Position numbers and translations under genes: made by a program. Positions 12,867-24,052 of a DNA stretch of 64,000 nucleotides are shown in pieces (the first letter of the stretch is position 1; each line of letters opens with the position of its first letter). The notes under the pieces are model-generated. The model was not told the DNA's origin. It worked only from the letters and a program-made list of their open reading frames with translations, and made no database searches. Source of the stretch: Anolis carolinensis (lineage: Eukaryota); the NCBI RefSeq assembly GCF_035594765.1, contig NC_085844.1:144600107-144664106 (forward strand), given 5' to 3'.

Positions 12867-13289
12867 TATTATTTCCAACCAGGAAAATAGGTTCTCTCTC
12901 TGCTGGTATGTTTGCAGAACTACTTTCCATGAGTCATGACTCTGCATTTCAAGTGCCAACTACTGAGCTTCAGCTTCTCATCCATTCGATACTCCGCTGC
13001 CCGCCCTGCAGAGCCTGCAGAAGACTTGCCCAGAGCCCTTCTCTGGCCCTTTGCCAGGAGACACAGCTGAATTCCCCTCCATTTCAGCAAGATTCCCGAG
13101 AACACACCCTCAGACACAATCACAGGCCACCTACCCACACCTGTGAGATGGGCTACTCAAACACTGCTGCATCTGCGACTGTGGTTCAAAGCAGACAGCC
13201 CTAGCCTTGCAGAGCAACTAGAAGCAAACATCCAAGGCCCCTTTAGGACAACCTGACTCTGTGTTATATTCTTACTGACTCTTCTCTGA

Positions 13290-13892
13290 TTGAGGGTTGC
13301 TGTGTGTTCCCCAGCCTGCAGGACCAGAATCCAGAAGTATTCTCTCCTGACGTTTCACCCACATCTACGGCAGGCATCCTCGGAGGTTGTGAGGTATATT
13401 GGAAAAAACTAAGCAAGGAAGGTTTATATTAAACATCTGTGGAAGTTCCAGAGTGGGAGAAAGAATTCTTGTCTGTTGGAGGCAGGTGTGAATGTTGTTA
13501 ATCACCTTGATTAGCATTAATTGCCTTGCAAACTTCATGTCCTAGCTTCTTCCTGACTGGGGGAATGCTTTGTTTGGAGGCGTACACTGCCCCTGATTGA
13601 CTCATGTCTGGAATTCCTCTTTTTTCAGAGTGTTATCCTTATTTACTGTTCTGATTTTTGAGTTTTTAAAAAATATTGGTAGCCAGATTGTGTTCATTTT
13701 CATGGCTTCCTCCTTTCTGTTGAAATTGTCCACATGCTTGTGGATTTCAGTGGCTCTTCTGTGTAGTCTGACATGGTGGCTAAGAGTGGTCCAGCATTTC
13801 TGTCTTCTCAAATAATATACTGTGTCCAGGTTGGTTCATGAGGTGCTCTGCTATGGCTGACTTCTCTGCCTGAATCAGTCTGCAGTGCCTTT
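13290..13892 (-). mobile_element. Penelope-like retroelement 3' fragment (GIY-YIG endonuclease C-terminus and pseudo-LTR end)
   Basis: Minus-strand peptides RHCRLIQAEKSAIAEHLMNQPGHSILFEKTEMLDHS and HHVRLHRRATEIHKHVDNFNRKEE match the squamate Penelope GIY-YIG C-terminus as I recall it. Confidence 0.9.
13344..13387 (-). ncRNA. Degenerate minimal type-I hammerhead ribozyme motif in the Penelope terminus
   Basis: Minus strand CCT-CCGAGGA-TGCCTGCCGTAGATGTGGGT-GAAAC-GTC-AGGAG; CUGANGA core mutated to CCGAGGA. Confidence 0.65.
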
Positions 13893-13924
13893 TGTGTGCT
13901 GTCGCAGGAAAGGGAAGGTGGCAT

Positions 13925-14043
13925 CTCTGGCCCTCCAGGTGTTTTGGTCTTTAACTCCCACAATTCCCAACAGTCGGCAGGCTGTTAGGAATTGTGGGAG
14001 TTAAAGTCCAAAACACCTGGAGGGCCAGGGTTTGCCCAGGCCT
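13925..14043. mobile_element. hAT-like palindromic MITE
   Basis: TGGCCCTCCAGGTGTTTTGG..AACTCCCACAATTCC and GGAATTGTGGGAGTT..CCAAAACACCTGGAGGGCCA inverted arms. Confidence 0.8.
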
Positions 14044-14195
14044 CTACACTGTATATATAATGCTGTCCAACAGAGCTTTAACTGCCATGGCTCAATGCTT
14101 TGTGTTCCTGGGAGTTGTAGTTTTACAAGGTCCTTTAGCCTTCTCTAGACTGGTGCCTCACCGAACTATGAATCCCATGATTCCATAGCCTAGAA
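14044..14195. mobile_element. Harbinger-like MITE fragment
   Basis: TTTAACTGCCATGGCTCAATGC..GGGAGTTGTAGTTTTACAAGGTC, same family as 5457. Confidence 0.7.
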
Positions 14196-14412
14196 CATGA
14201 AAACTATTCACATCTTTATTTTATTACAGAGTCAAGGATGGAGAGAACTTGGGGCCCTCCAGATGTTTCCCGAACTGTACATCCCATCATCCATCATCAC
14301 TGTCTATTTTGGATGATGGGAGTTGCAGTCCAATATACACCCCAATATACACTTTACCTTACGTTGTTGTGAATCATGCCATCACCACCTTCACAAAATG
14401 ATCCCTAGTCTG

Positions 14413-14600
14413 TGGATGCATCTGTACTGTAGGATTAATAGTTTGATACCACTTCAACAACTCAATGCTATGGAATCATGGAGCTGTAGCTTTGCAAGAT
14501 CTCATCTTCTCTACCAAAGAATGCTGACGTCTCAGCAAACTACAACTCCCAGGAATCAATTGAGCATTGGGCCATGGCAGTTAAAGTGGTGTCAGACTGG
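14413..14600. mobile_element. Harbinger-like MITE
   Basis: GGATGCATCTGTACTGTAGG...GCCATGGCAGTTAAAGTGGTGTCAGACTG, same family as 5457. Confidence 0.75.
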
Positions 14601-14606
14601 GATCAC

Positions 14607-15035
14607 TGGGTTGCTGTAAGTTTTCCAGGATGTATGGCCCATGGCCTGCCTGCGCAGCCTGGCCTGGCCTTGCCCTTGAGACCAGGTCTCCGGGCTGCCT
14701 GGCCATGTTCCAGAAGCTTTCTCTCCTGACCTCAGAGGTTGTGAGGTCTGTTGGAAGCTAGGTAAGTGGGGTTTATATATCTGTGGAATGTCCAGGGTGG
14801 GAGAAAGAGCTCTTGTCTGTTTGAGGCTAGTGTGAATGTTGCAATTGGCCAGCTTGATTAGCATTTAATGGCCTTGCAGGTTCAAAGCCTGGCTGCTTCC
14901 TTCCTGGGGGCATCCTTGGTTGGGAAGTGTTAGCTGGCCCTGATTGTTTCCTGTCTGGATTTCCCCTGTTTTCAGAGTGTTGTCCTTTATCTACTGTCCT
15001 GATTTTAGAGGTGTTTTTTTTTTTAATACCGGGGC
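14607..15035 (-). mobile_element. Penelope terminal fragment
   Basis: Homologous to 13290-13690 (GGGTTGCTGT.., CCAGAAG..CTCTCCTGAC, GAGGTTGTGAGG, TGATTAGCATT). Confidence 0.85.
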
Positions 15036-15087
15036 CAGATTCCCTTTCGGTGGCCTTTTAATTCCTATGGATTCCTAAGGACCCTCG

Positions 15088-15365
15088 GGACTCTTCCACA
15101 CAGCGATATAACCCAGAATATCAAGGCAGAATAACCCACAATATCTGCTTTGACCTGGGTTATCTGAGTCCACACTGCCATATAATCCAGTTCAAAGCAG
15201 ATAATGTGGATTATCTGCCTAGATATTCTGGGTTATATGGCTGTGTGGAAGGACCCTCAAGCTCTTCCACACAGCTATATCACCCAGAATATCAAAGCCG
15301 AATAACCCACAATATCTTCTTTGAACTGGGTTATCTGAGTCCACACTGCCCTATATCCCAGTTCA
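15088..15365. mobile_element. Harbinger-like MITE (full copy 15088-15256 plus a partial tandem copy)
   Basis: TIR CTTCCACACAGC..ATATAACCCAGAATATC and GATATTCTGGGTTATATGGCTGTGTGGAAG; a second copy starts at about 15261. Confidence 0.8.
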
Positions 15366-15444
15366 ATGTTTGGTGCTAAATTCACAAATATAGTAATTCC
15401 TACATAACATTACCATGTATTGAACTGCTTTTTCTGTTGATTGA

Positions 15445-16729
15445 TCTATATATATATAAATGGTCTGTCCGTTTTTATCTTAATCTAAACAAAGAAACTA
15501 CAACACCCAGAACCTTGAAACTTAACAACACAACACAATGCCCTTGCGACTGGGTTTAGACAACTAAGCCACAATTCACATCAATATCCGTAGACAACAC
15601 AAACCCAAAAACCCACAAAAACCATGTGCGCTTGCACGGCACTGGCCCAGCGCGCGAAACTCATCCACCCCACCCCCCTACTCCACGCTCCCTCGCGCCC
15701 TCGCTTGCCGGCTACCGTGACCACCGCCATCATGGCCACCAGCCCTGGCACACCACCGCTCACCATCTCACAACTTCCCTGCACTCTCCTAAGTGGCAGG
15801 GAAAGAGAACAGCGAAATCGGCAGTTTTCACTATCCTACAGATCCGGCAAACGGGCATAAGTGAGGTGCCTTCCCCGCCTGCGAAGCTACCAACAAGGAA
15901 GGAAGGAGAAGGACAAAAGCGGCAACCACTTCAACTTCCTTCTACCATAAAACAAGACACAATCCAAACACTCCTCACAGATGGCCATCCAACCTCTGTA
16001 GTATCATAACATCCTAAGGCTTGGAGACACCCCTCAGAAACATCCAGTTCAACTTCCTTCAACCATACAAGAGGACACAATCCAAACACTCCTGACAGAT
16101 GTCCATCCAGCCTTTCCATAATAATATAATGATAACAATAATAATAATCAACATCGCATCACAGAATCAAACAGTTACGACAGACCCCTAAAGACCATCC
16201 AGTCCAACCCATTTCTCCTATGGAGGACACAATCCAAACACTCCTCGCAGATGCCCATCCAATACCTCCACAATAATAACAATATTCCCATCAGATAATC
16301 ATACAGTTAGGACAGACCCCTAAACCCCATCCAGCCCAAACCATTTCTGCAATAGAGGACACAATCCAAGCACACCCAACAGATGGCCATCCAACCTGTA
16401 AATAATAACAATAACAATAATAATAACAATATCATGGAATCCTAAGGTTAGGAGAGACCCTTAAGGATCATCCAATTCAACTTCCTTCTACCAATCCAAA
16501 CACTCCTAACACATGGCCATCCAACCTCTACATAATAATGATAATAATCATAAAGATAATAAAAGCAATAATAATCATAATACAACCATACAATCCAAGA
16601 GTTTGGAGAGACCGCAAAGGGCCATCCAGTCCAACCCTTCTACCATGCAGGACATAATCCAAGCACTCTTGATAGATGGCCATCCACCCTCTACATACGC
16701 CACAGCAAAGCATGGCTGGGCACAGCTAG
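15445..16729 (+). mobile_element. Non-autonomous Helitron (1285 bp)
   Basis: 5' TC(TA)n start, 3' GCCACAGCAAAGCATGGC hairpin followed by CACAGCTAG; inserted between A and T of CTGTTGA|TTTGTTGTAAAAC, which is uninterrupted in the paralog at 53344-53363. Confidence 0.9.
15930..16692 (-). repeat. Six tandem units (about 118-163 bp) derived from the CR1 3' tail, inside the Helitron
   Basis: Repeated CAATCCAAACACTCCT..AGATGGCCATCCARCCT..(AAT)n..GTT..GAGACCC..CATCCAGTCCAACCC; unit homologous to the CR1 tail at 20611-20730. Confidence 0.85.
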
Positions 16730-18247
16730 TTTGTTGTAAAACATGATGTTTTGGTGCTTAATTTGTAAAATCACAATGTAATGGGATGTTTAATAGGCTT
16801 TTCCTTAATCCCTCCTTATAATCCAACATTTTTGCTTATCCAACGCTTTTATTTTTCAGTGATTGGTTGGGGGGGGGGGGAGCACCAAAATTCTGTTCAC
16901 TTGTTACCTAGGGCCAGCCCTGACCACAACCTTTTGGAAATAAATCAGCAAATTGATTGTTTTAGTTTGGAAATGAATTCAATAATAATAAACATTAGAA
17001 AGTGAGGAAAGAATTCATTTACCCAAACACCAGTAATTGAAATTCTTTAATTAATGTAGTTGATTAGCTCATTGTTGAAACTATCAATTGCTAGGGCAGA
17101 TTCTGGAACTCACTGGCAATGGCACTGAGTTTGTCACTTTTGACAGGGATCACATTATGTAACTGCCACTTTTAGAATGTTCGTTTGTCAGTTTAAAGTT
17201 ACTTTTCTCGAATTGAGACACCCCCCCCCCCCCAATACACACACCAGTGGATTTTAAAGCCCATAATGCAGCTTTTTACAAGAGATAGTGAGATTTCAAT
17301 ATGTCTGCAAATTGCCAGATTGGGAAAGTCTGATCCAAAGCATTGATTTCCTTTTACAATCTGTTCAGTTCAGGTTTTTTTCACTGATCTTCTGTACCTG
17401 TTTTTTCCTGTCTGCCATTCTTACCAGTGCAAAAAATGTTTACTCACTCTTCCCATGGCTTGTTTTAGAGAATAGACAGCAATGGTGTCAAAACAGGAAT
17501 GGTAATAATGCAGCCATCTCAAAATTGTGAGATTGCAGTTTCCAGCATTCCTAACCTTTTGCTACATTAACTAGGGATGCTAGTCCAACCACATCTTGAG
17601 GACCATATTATGCCCATTCCTGTGGTAAAAATTAGAAAGGCCCACTGTCAGTGTAGAAGTGTAGCAGACTTAATACAAAGGCAAGATGGTGAGTTAAGCA
17701 TTAAAAAAAACCCTTAACCAGAAATGTTTTGAGTGATTGAGCATACAGAGCACATTTCGGCAGAACCAAATTGATAACAGCATGCTTCTATTAAAAAGAA
17801 CGATCTGCTGAAAATAAGTGATGCAACGTATTTAGCTTATTTGATTCAATGGGACCTGCTTCTGGGTAGATTTTTAAAAGACAGAAAAAGGGATCAGAGT
17901 ACAAGAATTTGGCAAGCAGTGTCTTTTGTTCCAAGCTTTAACGAATACCAGTCCCTCATTTTGTGTGATACAATGAGGGAGTGGTGGTGAAAAACAGAAT
18001 GAGTGATAGAAAGGAAGAGAAAAGAGGGCAGAGGGAAAAGCCAAGAGAGAAGGAAATGGGGCTGGCATGAGAAAAAAAAACCCACACTTAATTGCGCAAA
18101 TGTCTAGCACTGAATAGGATGCAATAAACAAACTTATGGAATACAAAGGGATTCGCTGCAGATCAAATCAAGTAATAATATTCAAGATTACATAGTATGC
18201 AACAATATACAATAGTAACAGCAATAGAGGAGAGTACTGAAAGGAGT

Positions 18248-18586
18248 GGAGCCCCAGTGGCTCAGCGGATTAAACTGCTGAGCTGCTGAACTTGCTGACC
18301 AAATAGTCAGCAGTTCAAATCCAGTGAGTGGGGTGAGCTCCTGCTGTTAGCCCCAGCTTCTGCCAACCTAGCAGTTTGAAAACATGCAAATGTGAGTAGA
18401 TCAATAGGTATCGCTCCAGCGGGAAGGTAACAGCACTCCATGTAGTCATGCCGGCCACATGGCCTTGGAGGTGTCTATGGACAATGCCAGCTCTTTGGCT
18501 TAGAAATTGAGATGAGCAGCACCAACCAACACCCAGAGTTGGACACAACTAGACTTAATGTCAGGGGAAAATCTTTACCTTTACTT
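18248..18586 (+). mobile_element. Sauria SINE, full length
   Basis: GGAGCCCCAGTGGCTCAGCGGATTAAAC head to CAGGGGAAAATCTTTACCTTTAC tail; TSD-like TACTGAAAGG / TACTAAAAGG. Confidence 0.93.
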
Positions 18587-20610
18587 ACTAAAAGGTAAAC
18601 ACACCATGTAACCACCTCCCCTGAAAGATGGACAAGTCAATTGGGACTTAAATGTTTTAATATTTGGGGGGGAAACTATTTAAGAAAGAAAGAAAAGTAA
18701 AAGAGCACCGACTCCATCCCATATCAGGATTCTTCCTAATTTTCCCTGCTTCTTCAATTTCTCTTTAACCCCAGCTCTTAAATTGGTCCCTAGCCATTTT
18801 CTTCCTAGGTTTCCAGGGGCTTCTATATCATTCTTCCCACATAGTAATGATATAGCATGCAAACTAGCCTACTTAGCAAAAGAGACATGTGATGCATTTC
18901 CACTCCTAAACTGTCCTCACTTTAGGTTTTTCCAGTTTTACTGAACCTATCAGCAGAAGAGCTAACAATCTTTAGAACATTAGAATTTGTTATTATCTAA
19001 TCACCTAATTCATTAAAGCATAGGATTAACTTCATAGCTAATTAGAAAATTTGGTGAGTTGAGCAGCTTGGTAGAAAAAAATCCAATGAGTTAACAACAT
19101 ACCATCTAAATAGATATTCCGAAGTTCTGAAATAAATAGATGAACCCAAAGACAACAAAGAATCCCAGCAGTCCACTTTTAAATTAACCTGGCATTATAA
19201 GATCTGCTTGAAATTCTTTATTACTCAGGAAATTATGGCCTCAAATGGCCAAAAACTTATGGATTTAAAGTTAAGGCATAGTAACAACAATAATTAAAAT
19301 AAGCTGTGTTGTTGCTCAGCTCAGCAAAGGCAACTGCTACAAGAAATAGAAATTCACTGTAGTGTTGGGATGAGAGATACTAATTTTCTGAATATTTCAA
19401 TTCCGTTGCCCTTGTGCATGTAAAATGGTTCGTCTCTGTAAACAGCATGAGGGCTGACATAGGCTACTCAGTTCAACACAGTTTATCGAGGACAGTCCAG
19501 TTTACACGACCATTTCCTGATTATGAAGAGGGTTGAGGTTGACTTAACTGATGGAAAGCCCTGCATATGTATTGGAATCCTGTGGAGCTGTGGAGTCCAG
19601 CCAGTCTGTTATTCAAAAAGTGCATTAAACTTGACAAAAGATGCTTGCACTTTTCTGTGAAAATAGCATAGTCTTGCTGGCCTTAGATTCCTAAAGGAAC
19701 TTTTCTCACTTCATTATGGATCGCCTAATCTCTTCAATTATTAACTGTCACTCCCCTCACTGCGCATCCTGTTCTACAGATACAAGAAGACCTTCCTCGT
19801 CACATTCCTTTCCCTGTCCTTGCTTTTAACTCATTAATCTTTTATTTCCATTCTGCTGAGTCTGTACAAAATCCCAATCCATTGCCTGCAGTCAGCTCAC
19901 CTACTTTCTTTCCTTCTTTGATGTCGATGCCTTGTTCTCCCATCGCAGTTCCAAGGGCTGTGTCATATTGGGGTCTCACTGAATCATCTTTTCCCCAAGC
20001 TGTCTTTAGATCTCTCTTCTATGCTGAACTCTTGTCTAAAGTCAGACAATGACCTTGAAATGCAAAACATTTCTTGTGTTTAACATGTTGCGCTGGCTTC
20101 TCTTTAAGTTCCCATTTCTTGTTGAATCTTGATAGAGATATGTCCCAGACGGCTTCTTTTCATCCATGGAAGTCATAGGAATGGCATTCCTTGGTGCTAA
20201 CAATGTTTAGAACCCTTTCTTTTGTCCCATTGAAGTACAAGACAGTATTCCTCTGTGACACTTTTCTTCATTGCTATAAAAAGACATCAGGTATTTCTCT
20301 GCAATGTAGAGAGAAGGCAATTTGGATATTTTCACTGATAGAGAAGTACATTTCTATTACTGGTGGAAGTGAACATTACTAAGTATTCCTTTTGATTTGT
20401 TATTATAGACCTATCACCATTTTCATTACTGCTGTTGCAACAATTATTGAATACACATCATAAAATAGATGCAGTTTTGCAAACAAACATGGTCCAACCA
20501 AACGGGAACAAGTGCAATGAAATTATGTTGGTTGGGATCCAGAGTTTGCTCCTTCTGGAATAGGGTCCTACCTGAAAGTGAAGAAATGTTTTGGCTGGAC
20601 TTTTTCTTTG

Positions 20611-20883
20611 AATCATAGAATCATAGAATAGTAGCGTTGGAAGAGACCTCATGGCCCATCTAGTCCAACCCCCTGCCAAGAAGCAGGAAATCGCATTCAA
20701 AGCACCCCCGACAGATGGCCATCCAGCCTCTGTTTAAAAGCCTCCAAAGAAGGAGCCTCCACCACAGTCTGGGGGAGAGAGTTCCACTGCCGAACAGCCC
20801 TCACAGTGAGGAAGTTCTTCACTGTGAGGGCTGTTCGGCAGTGGAACTCTCTCCCCCAGACTGTGGTGGAGGCTCCTTCTTTG
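20611..20883 (-). mobile_element. CR1 LINE 3' fragment with fold-back inverted duplication at the truncation point
   Basis: ATCATAGA tail repeats; minus ORF KNFLTVRAVRQWNSLPQTVVEAPSLEAFKQRLDGHL (CR1 ORF2 C-terminus); perfect inverted repeat 20745-20809 / 20819-20883. Confidence 0.95.
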
Positions 20884-21324
20884 CCTTTGGGAACTTCTCC
20901 AAATTCTGACCTATAGAGTTGGGAGCATTCTAGGACAGTCAGGGAAAGCAAATAAGCAAAACTGACCTTCCTTTTTTCACTGATGATCATTTATTGGCTC
21001 TCAATCCCATGTGTGAATAGAAGTAGTCCTTCTGTTCACAGAGGCTTGTTTGGGATCCAAGCTAATTGGGTCCACTAAGATAGTTAAATATACGCACATA
21101 GGTCTTCCATTGGTTGCTTTATCATATGCACCACCCAAGGGAACCAAAGAACATTGGCAGCAAGGAGCTAGGAGAAAGAGACAGTGTTTGTTTGCTGCAG
21201 GCTGCCTTTGACCTCATCTCCTGGTGACTGGCTCATTGCACACTCAGGCCCTGACTGCCTGACTGAAGCAAGGCCCAGAAGAAACACCTTCTTCTGCCTT
21301 TAGATGCTGGAGCATAAAAGGAAC

Positions 21325-21690
21325 TCATGACCTCGAAGCCCGGGTCGGATTAAGCCCCCAACCATTAAATAGCCCGGCTTGCTGTTGACCTATGCAGCCC
21401 GAAAGACAGTTGCATCTGTCAAGTAGGGAAATTTAGGTACGCTTTATGCGGGAGGCTAATTTAACTAATTTACAACATCATAAAACTGCCAGCAAAACAC
21501 GAGGAAAGGAATGGGGAAGTACAGCCACTAGTGGACAGTGAAGCAACAGCTCCCCCTGTGGCCGGAATCATGAAGCTGGAAAAAATGTTAAATGCCTCTG
21601 TGTCTGTCTATATATGTTGTTTGTCTGTTGGCATTGAATGGGTGAGAAGGGCGGAATATAAATACTGTAAATAAATAAATAAATAAATAG
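21325..21690 (+). mobile_element. L2-tailed SINE (Anolis SINE 2-like), 5' truncated
   Basis: Homologous to 40760-41217; tail GGGTGAGAAGGGCGGAATATAAATACTG(TAAA)n. Confidence 0.85.
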
Positions 21691-21879
21691 TAGGGTGTAT
21701 TGTGATGCTGCTATAATAGTGACAGACTGTGACGCTGCTACTCAACCAAGACTTGAGAAACACCACTATGCAAGTTTGATGAGTGACAGAAATGCAGTCT
21801 AACATCCTATCACGACACAGTTAGAAATGAAGTAGCTGAATTATGATTAAGGGATTGGTGTAATATGTTATTTGTGTAT

Positions 21880-22080
21880 GGGGTTATTATGTCTTAATAT
21901 GTTTACTATTTTTAAACTGTATTTGTATGTCTATTGTTTCTAGTGATATTATGTTATGTTTTATTTGGTTGGTATAATGAGGCATTAAATTTTTGCCTAG
22001 ATGTATGTTTTACGTTGCTCTGAGTCCCCTATGGGGTGAGAGGAGCATGATAGAAATGAAGTAAATAATAAATAAATAAA
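21880..22080 (+). mobile_element. L2 3' UTR/tail fragment
   Basis: T-rich UTR ending GCTCTGAGTCCCTATGGGGTGAGAGGAGCATGATAGAAATGAAGTAAATAATAAATAAATAAA. Confidence 0.6.
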
Positions 22081-22246
22081 TGAAGATGGACTCCAGCCCA
22101 TTCTGCCAAAAATGCCAATAATCTGCATAATTTCCAGTTGCTTCCTTTTATACTTCCCTGTTGTTCATTCTTTGGTTGGACTGCAGCATGTACGAATTAC
22201 CAAAATCAAAAAGCACACATGCAGACTGGTCTCTTTTAATCTAAAC

Positions 22247-22627
22247 CAATGCTTCCCAACATTTTTTGACCAGAACCTACTTTCACAAGGGCCCACTCTC
22301 CAACATTAGTTCCAAAAGGGTTATGAATCAGTTTTTGGTCAACTTTATATTTGGTTTGGTTATTTGGAGTGCTAATTCAGAAAATTGCATTGGATAGGCC
22401 ACATCAGCTCTAGTTTCTGATACAGAACATATGCCATCCAGTAGTTGCCATCTGCTTGCCCACAGAAACCCATATTTAACAATCTAGAGCTGATTTGGTC
22501 TATCCAATGCAATGGTCAGCTCTGCAGAAAGGAGTGAAAATAAAATAAAGACGAAGGAGGTTCATGGACTGGATTTTCATTCTCATGGCTCACTGCTGGG
22601 CCACGGCCCACAGGTTGAGAACCACTG
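22247..22627. mobile_element. hAT non-autonomous element with an internal segment shared with the element at 32235-32453
   Basis: CAATGCTTCCCAAC...GGTTGAGAACCACTG; TSD ATCTAAAC / ATCAAAAC; internal inverted repeat ATTGCATTGGATAGGCCACATCAGCTCTAG / CTAGAGCTGATTTGGTCTATCCAATGCAAT. Confidence 0.85.
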
Positions 22628-24052
22628 ATCAAAACCCTGGACGTGTGCCTTTAGAAGACCTCTAATAAAAGTACATTTTTAAGTTAAAATTGTAGGAGTC
22701 AAGAGATGGACTATGGGGAGTTTATAAGCATTGTTCAGATATTTGTGATACATTCCATTCTTTTCCCCTTCTTACACTAGATTGACCCATTATATAAACA
22801 TTTTAGCAATTCACACAACAGTTGATACTAAGATCTAACAATAAGATGCCTTATTCTCATAAAGCAAGTTAAAAATCAAATAATGTGTGTGTGTGTGGGA
22901 GGGCATAAACAAAATAACCACAAGATCTTTCAAACCATCCAACTTCAACCAATGAAAAGAAAAACTCCTTCACTGGAATTCCATATTCTGAAGCCAAGAA
23001 AGGGGCACCAGTTTCTTTCATCATCTGAGAATGGGATGGGATTCTTAATGTAGGGGAAAAGTGATGCTATGAACCTCTCCTTTAAGATACCAGGTCACAC
23101 CAGATAGAAAATATCAAAGTTTTCTCACTATCACACTTCAAAGAAAAGTAATTTTAGCCACCTCTGGAAAAAAAAAATAGCAGTTTGAAATGGTGGTGAA
23201 AAGAAAATAGCAACACAACACAGTCAGGCTAGAATAATACCCTTGAGCAGAGGCATACAGGTTTGTTTGACATCTGCCTTCGTGTTTTGTTTTATTAACT
23301 GTGGTTAAATATGTGCACACAATAACACATTCAAACAGGGAAACTTGAGACAGTGCAATTGCTTTATCTTATGGCATACAAACATTTGACAATAAAGGAC
23401 TCCCTAATGATAATGTAAAAACTAGTCATGATTAGAAACACTCATCAGAAAGACAGAAGGACTTGAAAAGGGTCACTTGTGCTGTCGAAGAAAAAAGACA
23501 TTTGCATGAAGTGTTATAAATACGTGGAAATGTCAACAACTGGAAACAACAAATTCAACATTTCAAAATGACAGCCATCAAATGCGGAAGAACATAAAGA
23601 GCAAAAACCCTCTCATGATTTGCGGTACACAATTGTCTTCATGCCACTGGGTTAGCACCTTCTACAGTATGATGTATGAATTTGTTTTGCTTTGACAAGA
23701 ACTATACACATGTGTGAGAAAGAAGTCTCATCATCACTGTCTAGTGTTAGGCAGGGACAGAATAGGTGTAATTTGGAAGAGAGAAGGAAAGCAGCAGGTT
23801 GTTCTGTGTCAAAGTGCTCCAGCAAACCAGTGATGGATGAGAACTCCCTAAGCGTTCTTGCAAGGAAGGCAATCAAAAACATAAATCCTTTCCCATCCTG
23901 GCCTGATATTAGCACGGAGGTGAGGAAGAACATGATGCCCCCACAAATTGATATGTTAATTTATTCTGAGAAAAGGTAGAACATGTATAGTGGACAGAGA
24001 AATAGCCCAACTGTGGCAGTGGTGCTCTGTTAACATTATGCATGGAATAAGT

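Larger units (their letters stand above)
14607..16922. mobile_element. Composite hAT-type element, copy A (left end unresolved): Penelope piece, Harbinger pieces, mariner piece and hAT terminus, interrupted by a Helitron
   Basis: Same mosaic order and junctions as 52990-53549 (..GATTTTAGAGG-Tn-AATACCGGGG.., ..TTCAATGTTTGGTGCTAAATTC.., ..GATTGGTT-Gn..CCAAAATTCTGTTC..TACCTAGGGCYRGCYCTG). Confidence 0.75.

Noticed and set aside
15581-16009. ORFs in the Helitron as Rep/helicase or a captured host exon
   Set aside because: Pro/Thr-rich by composition, with no HUH or helicase motif and no convincing splice sites
15930-16692. Regularly spaced repeats resembling a CRISPR-like array
   Set aside because: Units are 118-163 bp, diverged and homologous along their whole length to the CR1 tail; there are no unique spacers or cas genes, and the context is vertebrate
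18248-18325. tRNA gene (also the heads near 5000, 40350 and 40770)
   Set aside because: These are tRNA-derived SINE heads with A/B boxes but no cloverleaf
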